Both the position numbers and the translations under genes were made by a program. Under the pieces are notes generated by a model. That model saw nothing but the letters and a program-made list of their open reading frames with translations, searched no databases and was not told where the DNA came from. A stretch of 32,000 nucleotides of DNA from Blochmannia endosymbiont of Camponotus modoc (lineage in GTDB: Bacteria; Pseudomonadota; Gammaproteobacteria; Enterobacterales; Enterobacteriaceae). Each line of letters begins with the position of its first letter. Within the stretch, counting starts at the first letter, position 1. Location of the stretch: NCBI RefSeq assembly GCF_023585785.1, contig NZ_CP097765.1, forward strand, positions 540,001 through 572,000. The letters run 5' to 3'. Positions 1 to 10,540 of the stretch are shown here, piece by piece.

Positions 1-2
1 TT

Positions 3-437
3 TACTTACTATCTCAAGAATTTGAACAAAAAAATAGACCTAATTACATAGAACAGCTTGCTTGTAAGTTAATAAGCACGCAATGGAGATCTGGAAAAAC
101 CATCTTAGTAACTTGCGAAAATAAACATCAAGCTACAAAAATAGACGAAATATTATGGACATTTGATCAAAATTCATTTTTGCCACATAATCTATTTGGA
201 AGAACCATCCATCATGCTCCAATAGTCATATACTGGAGTCAATGTTGCTATGATAATCAACCAAAGGATCTATTAATAAACCTTATGCCAAAAAATATGC
301 ACTTTTTTTTTAATTTTAACGAAATAATAGATTTCGTTCCCATACCTGACATTTTAAAAAAATGGGCAAGATACAGATACCGATCTTATAAAAGAAATGG
401 ATTTCAGATAAACGTTGTTAACACACCAACTGAATGA
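3..437 (+). CDS. holC: DNA polymerase III chi subunit, 5'-truncated by the window edge
   Basis: The ORF track starts at a TTG at 180, but the frame is open back to position 3 and reads YLLSQEFEQKNRPNYIEQLACKLISTQWRSGKTILVTCENKHQATKIDEILWTFDQNSFLPHN... This lines up with E. coli HolC (..VEQLVCEIAAERWRSGKRVLIACEDEKQAYRLDEALW..FVPHNL..). The C-terminus ..EIIDFVPIPDILKKWARYRYRSYKRNGFQIN matches ..EVVDFVPYEDSLKQLARERYKAYRVAGFNLN. It overlaps the valS start by 4 bp (ATGA). Confidence 0.93.
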   Translation, partial: YLLSQEFEQKNRPNYIEQLACKLISTQWRSGKTILVTCENKHQATKIDEILWTFDQNSFLPHNLFGRTIHHAPIVIYWSQCCYDNQPKDLLINLMPKNMHFFFNFNEIIDFVPIPDILKKWARYRYRSYKRNGFQINVVNTPTE

Positions 438-3301
438 GTAATTATATCGTGGAAAAAATATATAATCCTAAAAATATAGAAGAACCAATTTATAAATTTT
501 GGGAAAATGGAGGCTACTTTAGTCCCCATGGAAATACATCTCAGGAAAGTTATTGCATTATGATGCCTCCGCCTAATATTACAGGACAATTACATCTAGG
601 GCATGCATTTCAACAAACTATTATGGATGTTTTGATTCGTTATCAAAGAATGCAAGGTAAGAATACTTTATGGCAAACAGGAACAGATCATGCTGGAATT
701 GCCGCGCAAATGCTAGTGGAACATAAAATTTATAATAATACAGGTAAAACTAGAAATGATTACACAAAAGATGAATTAATAAAAAATATTTGGGCATGGA
801 AAAGTCAATCTGAACAGTTTATTACTTACCAAATGAAACGATTAGGAAACTCAGTAGATTGGAAACGACAGCGTTTCACCATGGATACAGAAATGTCTTA
901 TGCAGTAACAGAAGCTTTTATTCGTTTATATCAAAATAATTTAATTTATAGAGGAAAAAGATTAGTAAACTGGGATTATAAATTACAAACCGCAATTTCT
1001 GATCTAGAAGTTATAAATAAAAAAACAAAAGGTTCTATATGGTATATATATTATAAATTAGATAATTCTACTATCAGTTCGAATTCTAATCATTTAATTG
1101 TCGCAACAACACGACCAGAAACTATATTAGGAGATACTGCCGTTGCAGTGCATCCAGAAGATACTCGCTATAAAAATTTAATCGGACAATACGTTATCGC
1201 GCCCATAACTAATAGACGTATTCCTATTATTTCTGATAAAAATGTAGACATGTTTAAAGGAACTGGTTGTCTTAAGATCACTCCTGCTCATGATTTTAAT
1301 GATTATATTATAGGAAAAAGACACGGCTTGCCTATGATAAACATTTTTTCACTTGATGGTAAAATTCTTAAAAAAATAGAAGTATTTAACAGTTATGGAC
1401 AACTTACCGATCAATTATACTGCAACATTCCCCAAATATTCCATAATCTTGACAGTGATAATGCACGAAAAAAAATAATTTCCGAATGCAATGCACTTAA
1501 ATTGTTACATAATACAGAACCTCACGATTTAACAATTCCATATAGTGATCGCACTGGCACTATAATTGAACCCATGTTAACTGATCAGTGGTACATACGC
1601 GTTAAAAATTTAACACAACACGCGATAAACGCGGTAAATTTAAATATAATTAATTTTGTTCCGAAACAATATAAAAATATGTATTTCAGTTGGATGAACA
1701 ACCTTCAAGATTGGTGCATCTCTCGTCAAATCTGGTGGGGACATAAAATCCCTGCTTGGTATGATGATAACAACACAATATACGTAGGATACTGCGAACA
1801 AGATATCAGAATAAAAAATAAATTAAATAATGATGTAATATTACATAGAGAGAAAGATGTATTAGATACATGGTTTTCTTCAAGTCTTTGGACATTTGCT
1901 GCTTTAGGTTGGCCTAAAAATACCAATTTATTAAATGTATTTCATCCTACTGATATTATAATCAGTGGATTTGACATCATATTTTTTTGGATCGCACGAA
2001 TGATTATGTTAACTATGCATTTCATTAAAAATGATAACGGATCAGCACAAATTCCTTTTAAAACTGTATATATTACTGGCCTTATACGAGACGAATTAGG
2101 TCAAAAAATGTCTAAATCTAAGGGGAATATTATTGATCCAATAGACATAATAGATGGTATTTCAATAGAAAATTTATTAAAAAAACGCACAAAAAACATG
2201 TTACAACCACAATTATCTCAACATATTATAAAATATACTAAAAAACAATTTCCTAATGGAATTAAACCTCACGGAACTGATGCTTTACGATTTACATTAG
2301 TGGCATTAGCATCATCTGGACGTGATATACATTGGGATATGCAACGACTAACAGGTTATCGTAATTTTTGCAATAAATTATGGCATGCTAGTCGCTTTGT
2401 TCTCATGCATACTAAAAATCAAGATTGTGGCATATCTGCCAATGAGAAATCGTTTTCCTTGGCAGATCGTTGGATCATTACAAAATTTCATCAAACAGTA
2501 CAAATTTTTCATAAAAAAATAGAAATTTATCGTTTTGATGAAATAGCCAATATTTTACATGAATTTATTTGGCATCAGTTTTGTGATTGGTATGTAGAAT
2601 TAACAAAACCAATACTTTATCATGGGAATGCATTAGAAGTAAGAGGTACACGTTACACATTAATCACATTACTAGAATCATTACTGCGATTAGCACACCC
2701 AATTATTCCTTTTATTACAGAAAAAATTTGGCAAGAAGTTAAAACAGTTACTGAGAATAATGGAACAACTATCATGTTGCAACCATTTCCAAAATATGAT
2801 GAATCTGTAATTGACATAAAATCCGTAATAGATATTGAATGGATTAAAAACGCCATTATAGCAATACGTACCACTCGCGCAAACATGAATATATCATACA
2901 ACATACCCCTACAAATAGTATTTAGGGATACTTCATTAGAAGTTAAAAAACGCATTACAGAAAATTCCAATATTTTATGTCATATTGCTCAATTAAAAAG
3001 TATCCATTTCATATCAAAAGACATGATCTATCCAAAATCAGTGACAATACTCTTAGATTCATCAGAACTATTAATACGTATACCAGACACGTTTAACAAA
3101 GAAAACGAAATAAATAGATTAAAAAAAGAATCAGAATTAATAAATCGTAAAATTGAAACAATACGCAAACTACTAGATGGTAATAATTTTATGAAGCACG
3201 CGCCAAAATCTGTCATCAAAAACAAACAAGCACTATTAAATTATTATGAACGAATTAAAAATAAATTGATTGATCAATGTGCTATCATGAGGAAACTGTG
3301 A
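434..3301 (+). CDS. valS: Valyl-tRNA synthetase
   Basis: 955 aa class I aaRS with the HIGH-type motif PPPNITGQLHLGHAFQQ, the KMSKSKG motif (GQKMSKSKGNIIDPIDIIDG), and TTRPETILGDTAVAVHPEDTRY in the editing domain. holC-valS adjacency is as in enterobacteria. Confidence 0.98.
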   Translation: MSNYIVEKIYNPKNIEEPIYKFWENGGYFSPHGNTSQESYCIMMPPPNITGQLHLGHAFQQTIMDVLIRYQRMQGKNTLWQTGTDHAGIAAQMLVEHKIYNNTGKTRNDYTKDELIKNIWAWKSQSEQFITYQMKRLGNSVDWKRQRFTMDTEMSYAVTEAFIRLYQNNLIYRGKRLVNWDYKLQTAISDLEVINKKTKGSIWYIYYKLDNSTISSNSNHLIVATTRPETILGDTAVAVHPEDTRYKNLIGQYVIAPITNRRIPIISDKNVDMFKGTGCLKITPAHDFNDYIIGKRHGLPMINIFSLDGKILKKIEVFNSYGQLTDQLYCNIPQIFHNLDSDNARKKIISECNALKLLHNTEPHDLTIPYSDRTGTIIEPMLTDQWYIRVKNLTQHAINAVNLNIINFVPKQYKNMYFSWMNNLQDWCISRQIWWGHKIPAWYDDNNTIYVGYCEQDIRIKNKLNNDVILHREKDVLDTWFSSSLWTFAALGWPKNTNLLNVFHPTDIIISGFDIIFFWIARMIMLTMHFIKNDNGSAQIPFKTVYITGLIRDELGQKMSKSKGNIIDPIDIIDGISIENLLKKRTKNMLQPQLSQHIIKYTKKQFPNGIKPHGTDALRFTLVALASSGRDIHWDMQRLTGYRNFCNKLWHASRFVLMHTKNQDCGISANEKSFSLADRWIITKFHQTVQIFHKKIEIYRFDEIANILHEFIWHQFCDWYVELTKPILYHGNALEVRGTRYTLITLLESLLRLAHPIIPFITEKIWQEVKTVTENNGTTIMLQPFPKYDESVIDIKSVIDIEWIKNAIIAIRTTRANMNISYNIPLQIVFRDTSLEVKKRITENSNILCHIAQLKSIHFISKDMIYPKSVTILLDSSELLIRIPDTFNKENEINRLKKESELINRKIETIRKLLDGNNFMKHAPKSVIKNKQALLNYYERIKNKLIDQCAIMRKL

Positions 3302-3569
3302 TCATTTTACATAATAATATCCAAAATAAAATAACTTGGAAAATAAAGTTTTTATTCGTATTTTAAGCATTAAAAAATTTAATAATAAATTTATTTCTTT
3401 ATTTTTAATTAATTGTTAAATAATTATCACACTATGTTTCATCAAAATTAATTTCCACACATTTAAAAAATTTAAGTATCATATAATAAATTTTTTTAAA
3501 TGACATTTTTCATTGAAATATAAATAACCACGTTATCTATATAAATATCAACAGATAGGTAAATGTCAT

Positions 3570-4598
3570 ATGAATCAATTATATAAACGGTCTTTTTTAC
3601 GATTAATAGATTTCACTATAAATGAAATTAATTATCTATTACAATTATCCAGTTATTTAAAATACAAAAAAAATACACATACTGAAATTAAAAAATTAAA
3701 CGGAAAAAACATTGTACTCATCTTTGAAAACCATTCAACTAGAACAAGATGTGCTTTTGAAGTAGCAGCATTTGATCAAGGCGCGTGTGTAACCTGCTTG
3801 ACTCCAAATATTAGTCAAATTGGGCATAAAGAATCTATTAAAGATACTGCTAAAATATTAGGAAGGATGTATCATGGGATTCAATATCGTGGTTACAGTC
3901 AAGATACAGTTACTACATTTGCACAATATTCTGGAGTACCAGTATGGAATGGACTTACTGTAAAATTTCATCCAACACAATTACTTGCCGATCTTATGAC
4001 CATGAAAGAACAACTACCACATAAAATGTTTCATCAAATGAAATTAGCCTATATAGGAGATGCAAAAAACAACATCAGTAATTCTTTGTTAGAAGCTGCC
4101 GCAATAATGGGATTTGATTTAAGATTAGTGTCACCTAAAATATTTTGGCCAGCACAAGAACTATTTCTAAATTGTCAAAATATTGCACAAAATAATAATG
4201 GAAATATCACACTTACTGAAGATATCCCTACCGGAATAAAGGACGTAGATTTTCTATACACTGATGTATGGGTATCTATGGGAGAAAATGAAAAAGTATG
4301 GAAAGAACGTATTTCTTTATTATCTCCGTATCAAGTAAATCATCGTATGATCCAAAACACCAATAATCCAAATGTAAAATTTTTACATTGTTTACCGGCA
4401 TTACACAACAATGAAACCACTATTGGTAAAAAAATAGCACGACAATATAATTTAAAAAATGGAATAGAAGTAACAAATGACATATTCGAATCTCCGTATA
4501 GTGTAGTGTTTGATCAAGCCGAAAACCGTTTGCATACTGTCAAAGCTCTGATTCTGGCAACATTACTTCCTCCTGATTCCGCTAATTTTAATCAATAG
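3570..4598 (+). CDS. argI: Ornithine carbamoyltransferase
   Basis: 342 aa with the STRTR carbamoyl-phosphate motif ([21 protein letters not shown]), [13 protein letters not shown], and HCLP ([13 protein letters not shown]). Confidence 0.96.
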   Translation: MNQLYKRSFLRLIDFTINEINYLLQLSSYLKYKKNTHTEIKKLNGKNIVLIFENHSTRTRCAFEVAAFDQGACVTCLTPNISQIGHKESIKDTAKILGRMYHGIQYRGYSQDTVTTFAQYSGVPVWNGLTVKFHPTQLLADLMTMKEQLPHKMFHQMKLAYIGDAKNNISNSLLEAAAIMGFDLRLVSPKIFWPAQELFLNCQNIAQNNNGNITLTEDIPTGIKDVDFLYTDVWVSMGENEKVWKERISLLSPYQVNHRMIQNTNNPNVKFLHCLPALHNNETTIGKKIARQYNLKNGIEVTNDIFESPYSVVFDQAENRLHTVKALILATLLPPDSANFNQ

Positions 4599-4689
4599 TA
4601 ATAGAATAGGAATAGGCTTTATTATATTTTTATATAAATACTAAAATTTAATACCTTATTTTTTAACGCAATTCATTAGGATAAATTAT

Positions 4690-5091
4690 ATGCTTCACGT
4701 TATCAGTACAAAAAAATCCCCCATGCCTCTTGGACCTTATGTACAGGCGATAGACATAGGAGGCATAACATTTGTATCTGGGCAAATAGGAATGCTCCCA
4801 GATACAAATGTTATGCCTGACAACATTTACGATCAAACGTATCAATCACTAGAAAATATCAAAAACATCATAGAAACAGCTGGTCTACAAATCAATAATA
4901 TTATTAAAACTACATTATTCATTATTGATATCAATGATTTACCTACTATAAATGTTAGCTATATGAAATTTTTTCATTCATCTTCTTTGTATAAAGATAT
5001 AATTTTACCAACACGTTCCTGTGTAGAGGTTTCTAGATTACCAAAAAATGCTAAAATAGAAATCGAAGCTATTGCTACACGTATTTTATAA
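4690..5091 (+). CDS. ridA: RidA/YjgF family enamine/imine deaminase
   Basis: 133 aa. PMPLGPYVQAIDIGGITFVSGQIGMLPDT, NIKNIIETAGL and CVEVSRLPKNAKIEIEAIA are typical of RidA. Located near argI as in E. coli. Confidence 0.93.
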   Translation: MLHVISTKKSPMPLGPYVQAIDIGGITFVSGQIGMLPDTNVMPDNIYDQTYQSLENIKNIIETAGLQINNIIKTTLFIIDINDLPTINVSYMKFFHSSSLYKDIILPTRSCVEVSRLPKNAKIEIEAIATRIL

Positions 5092-5409
5092 ATTTAATAA
5101 TAATCGTGAAAATAAAACACTAATACACAACAAACGAAAAATTATTTCGAATAATCCATATATAAACATGATCCCACTGTTATTTATTAAAATAGAAAGT
5201 ATATGAATAAATAAAATACACGCAAAAAAAACCATATCGTGTCTCTATTTATTTATATAAAACAATAACATCATAATCCTAATATGACTAAAATTTTTTC
5301 ATCATTATTGCATACATACTTTTTCTCTTTCAAAAAGAAATGTCTAATAATACCAAATGCTGTAAATCTTATTTTTGCAATAATTACGAATAATGAACAT
5401 ATAATTTTA

Positions 5410-6702
5410 TTATTTATTAGATAACATCTCTGATTCATATATCAAAGCTTGTTCTGTATCATATTGATTCTCCCACTTTGCAATTACTAATACCGCTAAA
5501 GCATTGCCTATAACATTTAACGCTGTACGACCCATGTCTAAAACCCTATCCACCCCTGCTATAAACGCTAACCCCTCCAATGGAATACCTACACTACCTA
5601 ATGTAGCTAACAACACTACAAAGGAAACTCCTGGAACGCCAGCGATACCTTTAGAAGTAATCATTAAAGTCAATACTAAAATAATTTCCTGACTTAAAGA
5701 TAATTCAATACCATATAATTGCGCAATGAAAATAGCAGCAATACTTTGATATAAAGTTGATCCATCTAAATTAAAAGAATAACCAGTAGGTACTACGAAT
5801 CCAGTGATAGTTGACGGAGCTCCATAAGCTTCCATTTTTTCTATAATACGTGGCAATACAGTCTCTGAACTAGCAGTAGAAAAAGATAAAATCAATTCTT
5901 CTTTTAAAATACAAATTAATTTCCAAATTCTAAGATTGCATATACGTGCCACTATACCTAATACCACTAATGCAAAAAAAACAATAGCACCATAAACTAA
6001 TAATACAAGTTTAGTAAGAGGCAACAAAGAACTAAATCCAAAAGTCGCAACTGTAACTGAAATTAAAGCAAACACCCCAATAGGAGCATAACGCATCACT
6101 ATATGTGTTACTTCGAACATAGTATCCGCTACAGAATTAAAAATGTCCAATAATGGAGTTTTAGTTTTTTCTGGTAATGTAGCTAATCCAAGCCCAAAAA
6201 TTACCGAGAAAAAAATAACTGGTAACATATCTCCTTTAGCCATAGAATTAATAATATTCGAAGGAATCAACGATAACATAGTATTTACTAAGTTTGACTG
6301 TATTTCAGATGTAGTTTGCTCGTACATTGAAATATCCGTTTTCGAAAGAAGAGACATGTCAATTCCATAACCAGGATGTAACAAATTAGCAAAAGCTACA
6401 CCGAGTACTATAGCAAGTGTTGTAATAATTTCGAAATAAATAATAGTCTTCAAACCAATACTTCCCAATTTTCTTGCATCTCCAATACCAGCGATTCCAA
6501 CCACCAATGTAGCCATTACAATGGGAACCACGATCATTTTTATCATACGAATAAAAATTTCTCCAGCTGGAGAAAGAAATGTCGTGATCATCCAATCTTT
6601 TAATTCTATTTGATTATGTAATACAATTCCTAAAACAATACCCAAGTTTAAAGCAAAAAAAATTTTCCAAGCAAGGGTAATTTTAAACTTTCTAATCATC
6701 AT
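5410..6702 (-). CDS. gltP: Proton/glutamate-aspartate symporter
   Basis: 430 aa DAACS-family protein with IIYFEIITTLAIVLGVAFANLLHPG, FSTASSETVLPRIIEKMEAYG, VVPTGYSFNLDGSTLYQSIAAIFIAQ and AGVDRVLDMGRTALNVIGNALAVLVI. An AAGGGG-type RBS precedes the ATG. Confidence 0.93.
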   Translation of the reverse strand: MMIRKFKITLAWKIFFALNLGIVLGIVLHNQIELKDWMITTFLSPAGEIFIRMIKMIVVPIVMATLVVGIAGIGDARKLGSIGLKTIIYFEIITTLAIVLGVAFANLLHPGYGIDMSLLSKTDISMYEQTTSEIQSNLVNTMLSLIPSNIINSMAKGDMLPVIFFSVIFGLGLATLPEKTKTPLLDIFNSVADTMFEVTHIVMRYAPIGVFALISVTVATFGFSSLLPLTKLVLLVYGAIVFFALVVLGIVARICNLRIWKLICILKEELILSFSTASSETVLPRIIEKMEAYGAPSTITGFVVPTGYSFNLDGSTLYQSIAAIFIAQLYGIELSLSQEIILVLTLMITSKGIAGVPGVSFVVLLATLGSVGIPLEGLAFIAGVDRVLDMGRTALNVIGNALAVLVIAKWENQYDTEQALIYESEMLSNK

Positions 6703-7398
6703 AGTTACCCCTTAAATTAAAACGAGTTATTTTTTATTTCACATCAATCCGGAATCAATTATATCAACTGATTTAAACAATTTTCTTCTAAAAAATCCCT
6801 ATTAAATAACACAAACGCACTCTAAGAAACTACTAATTAAAATATAAATTAATTTGTAGAAAATTTCTTAACCTTCATATCAAAAAAGTCGCATAATCCA
6901 TAAATTATTTATTAAACACAATCACTTGAAAAAACAAAAACTCAACGCAACATCTTTTTATGTGCATTGAGTAATATATACACTTAACACCTAAAATTAC
7001 ATACTAATTATTTACAAAAACTTGTAACTAGAAGCAAGAATACTAACATTAATATCCATAACTTCCAAAATAGAGACATACCCTTAACGATTCTTAAACG
7101 ACCTTCTCAAAGGATAAGGTTATCCGTCATTTAAGTCAACTGTTTGCATAATTAAATATTCATAAAAAATTTAATTTTTATTAACAAATCATACCTTGTG
7201 TCAATACATAACAGCCATAATAACAATGATGTATTTATATAATATATGTGATCGCGCTTTACTTTTACTATATCAAAAACTATGACAATAGAATATACGT
7301 GATCTTTATATCAATTCTTGTTAATTCTGTAAAATTTCTCAACATTAATGATATAAATATTTATAAAATTGCAATCACCCTTATTAAATAAGGTAATA

Positions 7399-9042
7399 TT
7401 ATTCATTCTCGGCTAATAAAGCTTCTAAAAAATCTAAATCGCGTAATAATTTAGTTAACGTTTCATTACTAATCTTTTGTTGCGCACGTAAATGATAATA
7501 TTCTCCTCGTTCAGCACGTAATGCGTTTAACCTCATCCGTCTCTCTAACTCTTCAGTTAACATAGAATTTACGTCATTATTTCCGTCTATACGACGACGT
7601 AAATTGCCTATAACACGCGCGCTTACCTCATTAATAATTTGACTATCAATATTTTCTTCTTGGCTATGCATTAACCGTTCTTCCAGTTTATATAAACTTT
7701 CAATAGCTACTTCTGCTGCTATAGCCCGTGCCATACGCTCTTCTTTTCGTTGTAATAATTTATCAGATACTATAATTCCTTGCAACAGCCACGGAAGAAC
7801 AATTACACCACATAATAAAGAGAATAAAATAACACCAGTAGCAATAAAAACTAATTGGTAACGAAACGGAAAAGCTGATCCATCTCTTAAAAAAAGCGGT
7901 ATTGAAAGTACTCCTGCTAATGTAATAGCACCACGTACTCCAGCAAAAGAAGCAATTAAAATTTCTCGTACACTATATTCGCTAAATACCATTGGACGTT
8001 TAGTCATACAATATAAACTTATATTTTTCATTAACCACAACCATCCAAATCTAAGTATCATTAACGCGAAATAAATAAGAATTACGTATACAAATAACAT
8101 CCATGTTTTAGTAGTTGGATCCATTGCTGCTTGTGAAATAGAGGTCGATAAAATATCTGGTAATTGCAATCCCAGCATAATAAACACCATACCATTAAAC
8201 ACAAACTCTAACATTGTCCAAACACTATTCCCCCTCAAACGCATAGCTAACGGGGCATTGCGGATTATTCCTGATTGGCCAATAGTCATGCCCGAAGCAA
8301 CTGACGATAATATCCCAGATACTCCAATATGCTCAGCAACTAAATATGCCGCAAAAGGTAACAATAAGAGAAGTATTGTTTGAGTAGCAGGATCACCACC
8401 ACTCCAATGAGTGATAAACCTTAATGATTTACTATATCCCCAAGTAACAGCTATCCCTATCAATAAACCACCCATAGATACTTTGATAAATTCTATAGAG
8501 GCTCCGCTCACACTGAAAACCATAGTGCCCATAGCTACTGAAATAGCAAATTTAAGAGATACTAATCCTGACGCATCATTCATCAAAGCTTCTCCTTGAA
8601 GGATGTCCATAAGCTTTTTAGAAATACGTCCCTCTCCTACAATACCTGAAAGCGCTACTGCGTCAGTTGGGGATAAAACCGCTGCCAATGCTAATGCTGC
8701 TACAAGAGGCATGTCTGGTATCATCCAATGAATTAAATATCCAATACCAACCACAGTAATAATCACCAACACCAATGCTAATATAACAATTTCGCCTCCA
8801 TGACGTAAAAACTCACGCATTGGAGTTTTCCAACCATCAGAAAATAATAACGGGGGGATAAAAAGCAACAAAAATAGCTCAGGATTAAAATCTACATGTA
8901 ATCCAAATCTAGGCCAAGCTAATAAAGCCCCTAATACAATTTGCATTAGAGGCAATGGCATTTGAAATGGCAAAATTCGTGTTATAACTCCTGAAACAGA
9001 GACAGCTAAAGTAAGAATAAGAATCGTAAAAAAAATCTCCAT
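7399..9042 (-). CDS. yjcE: CPA1-family Na+/H+ antiporter YjcE
   Basis: 547 aa. AAVLSPTDAVALSGIVGEGRISKKLMDILQGEALMNDASGLVSLKFA and ASFAGVRGAITLAGVLSIPLFL, with a C-terminal cytoplasmic tail very similar to E. coli YjcE (VSARVIGNLRRR..SNETLTKLLRDLDFLEALL). Confidence 0.93.
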   Translation of the reverse strand: MEIFFTILILTLAVSVSGVITRILPFQMPLPLMQIVLGALLAWPRFGLHVDFNPELFLLLFIPPLLFSDGWKTPMREFLRHGGEIVILALVLVIITVVGIGYLIHWMIPDMPLVAALALAAVLSPTDAVALSGIVGEGRISKKLMDILQGEALMNDASGLVSLKFAISVAMGTMVFSVSGASIEFIKVSMGGLLIGIAVTWGYSKSLRFITHWSGGDPATQTILLLLLPFAAYLVAEHIGVSGILSSVASGMTIGQSGIIRNAPLAMRLRGNSVWTMLEFVFNGMVFIMLGLQLPDILSTSISQAAMDPTTKTWMLFVYVILIYFALMILRFGWLWLMKNISLYCMTKRPMVFSEYSVREILIASFAGVRGAITLAGVLSIPLFLRDGSAFPFRYQLVFIATGVILFSLLCGVIVLPWLLQGIIVSDKLLQRKEERMARAIAAEVAIESLYKLEERLMHSQEENIDSQIINEVSARVIGNLRRRIDGNNDVNSMLTEELERRMRLNALRAERGEYYHLRAQQKISNETLTKLLRDLDFLEALLAENE

Positions 9043-9605
9043 ACTTTAAATCTCAATCGTATCCAAAAATAAATATTTTTCTACAAATATAGTACTTAGT
9101 TTTTATATTTACTTCATATTGTGTATATGCATGGAATACTACACAAAGTAGTAAACAAGTGATAAAATTTTTATATACATATATGAATATGTGCGAGCTT
9201 TAATTATACACTACTTATAAGAAATGAAATATTTTTATATTTACTCTAAACAATATAAATTTTATGATTTGTTATTGAAGTATAATCGGTATAGTACACA
9301 CGTCTGAATCATGCGCATACTATACCGATTACAATACCTTAAGCGTGCATGTTGCAAATAGGTTTAGGAAAACATTTAACAAGCTTTAATATGATTACAT
9401 GATTAAATAGCAACAAGAACATAGACACATATTTGATTAGATTTTATGTTTAAAAACATAACAACAATATCAAATTTTTAGTATACTATGCATGTTGTGT
9501 TTATAGGTGTATATGAACGTAAAAAATAATTATTGAAAATCCAACCTATATACGCCTATGCAATAATAAAAAATGACTCATTAATTGTTAATACATCCAA
9601 ACCGT

Positions 9606-10079
9606 CTAAAAAGGAATATCCTCGTCATCGAAATTAACATCAGATGAGTCACCCGATACATCATTCGATGTAGTTTTATCGCCGCTATTCATTACATTCT
9701 GATTATCTAACGATACATTTTCTCCTGAATGACGACTACCCAGCATTTGCATTGCGCCCCCGATGTTAACAATAATTTCAGTAATATACCGATCTTGTCC
9801 ATTTTGATTTTGCCACTTTCTAGTTTTTAACGATCCTTCAATATATACCTGAGAACCTTTATGCAAATATTCTGATGCAATTTCTGCTAATTTCCCAAAT
9901 AATACCACACGATGCCACTCAGTTTTTTCTTTAAATTCATTAGTTTGTTTATCTTTCCAGGATTCAGTAGTAGCTACTGAAATATTAGTAACCATACTGC
10001 CACTAGACATATAACGAACCTCTGGTTCTTGACCGAGATACCCTATTAAAATAACTTTATTAATTCCCCTATTAGCCAC
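9606..10079 (-). CDS. ssb: Single-stranded DNA-binding protein
   Basis: 157 aa. [48 protein letters not shown]-fold, with the conserved acidic tail DDEDIPF. Confidence 0.98.
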   Translation of the reverse strand: MANRGINKVILIGYLGQEPEVRYMSSGSMVTNISVATTESWKDKQTNEFKEKTEWHRVVLFGKLAEIASEYLHKGSQVYIEGSLKTRKWQNQNGQDRYITEIIVNIGGAMQMLGSRHSGENVSLDNQNVMNSGDKTTSNDVSGDSSDVNFDDEDIPF

Positions 10080-10540
10080 AACTCCTCCATTAATTACATC
10101 GTATGATATTTTTTTTAATATTTTATTAACGTAACCATTCTATTTCCGTGTAATAAACCCGCATATTTAATATACTTAAATAAAGATCAATATTATTAAC
10201 TAACATTTTTATAAAAAACCCATGCAATAAAATATATTATATTAAAAATCAGTATTCTTCGCTTAACGCCACACTATTTTAGTAAAAATAATTTAAAATT
10301 ATTTGATGTATTTTATGAATAAATATAAATTACATTTACACTAAATATATAATAGTAAATTTCAAATAACAATTCACTCCATTTTTTATACTCATTGCAG
10401 TATAAAACGTAATAAAAATAATATATATACAGTATGCTTCATTTTTTATAAAACAGATACCAAAATTTTATCATAGAATAAAATACATAAATTATTTCAT
10501 ATGAAAATATCTATAACTGATCCACATCATTAATAAAATA

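Noticed and set aside
404-589. Antisense ORF across the holC-valS junction
   Set aside because: Overlaps two confidently assigned genes and has no motif.
1726-1926. Antisense ORF in valS
   Set aside because: Shadow ORF of a conserved gene.
2653-2970. 105-aa antisense ORF inside valS
   Set aside because: Fully overlaps the highly conserved valS coding sequence, has no recognisable motif, and is easily explained by the codon bias of the sense gene.
3028-3225. Antisense ORF in valS
   Set aside because: Shadow ORF of a conserved gene.
4408-4428. OTC motif HCLPALH instead of E. coli HCLPAFH
   Set aside because: Seen in the sequence, but this is a conservative F to L change outside the invariant HCLP. 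It is most likely ordinary divergence rather than altered function.
4663-4845. 60-aa ORF opposite the ridA start
   Set aside because: Antisense to ridA with no motif or supporting signal.
5504-6595. Short ORFs inside gltP (5504-5692, 6143-6370, 6386-6595)
   Set aside because: All overlap the intact gltP frame and lack similarity to anything known.
8411-8599. 62-aa ORF opposite yjcE
   Set aside because: Shadow ORF within a conserved gene.
10384-10407. TTTTATAC/GTATAAAA 8-bp hairpin upstream of ssb
   Set aside because: Eight AT-rich pairs are expected by chance at this composition, and there is no U tract for a dnaB terminator.
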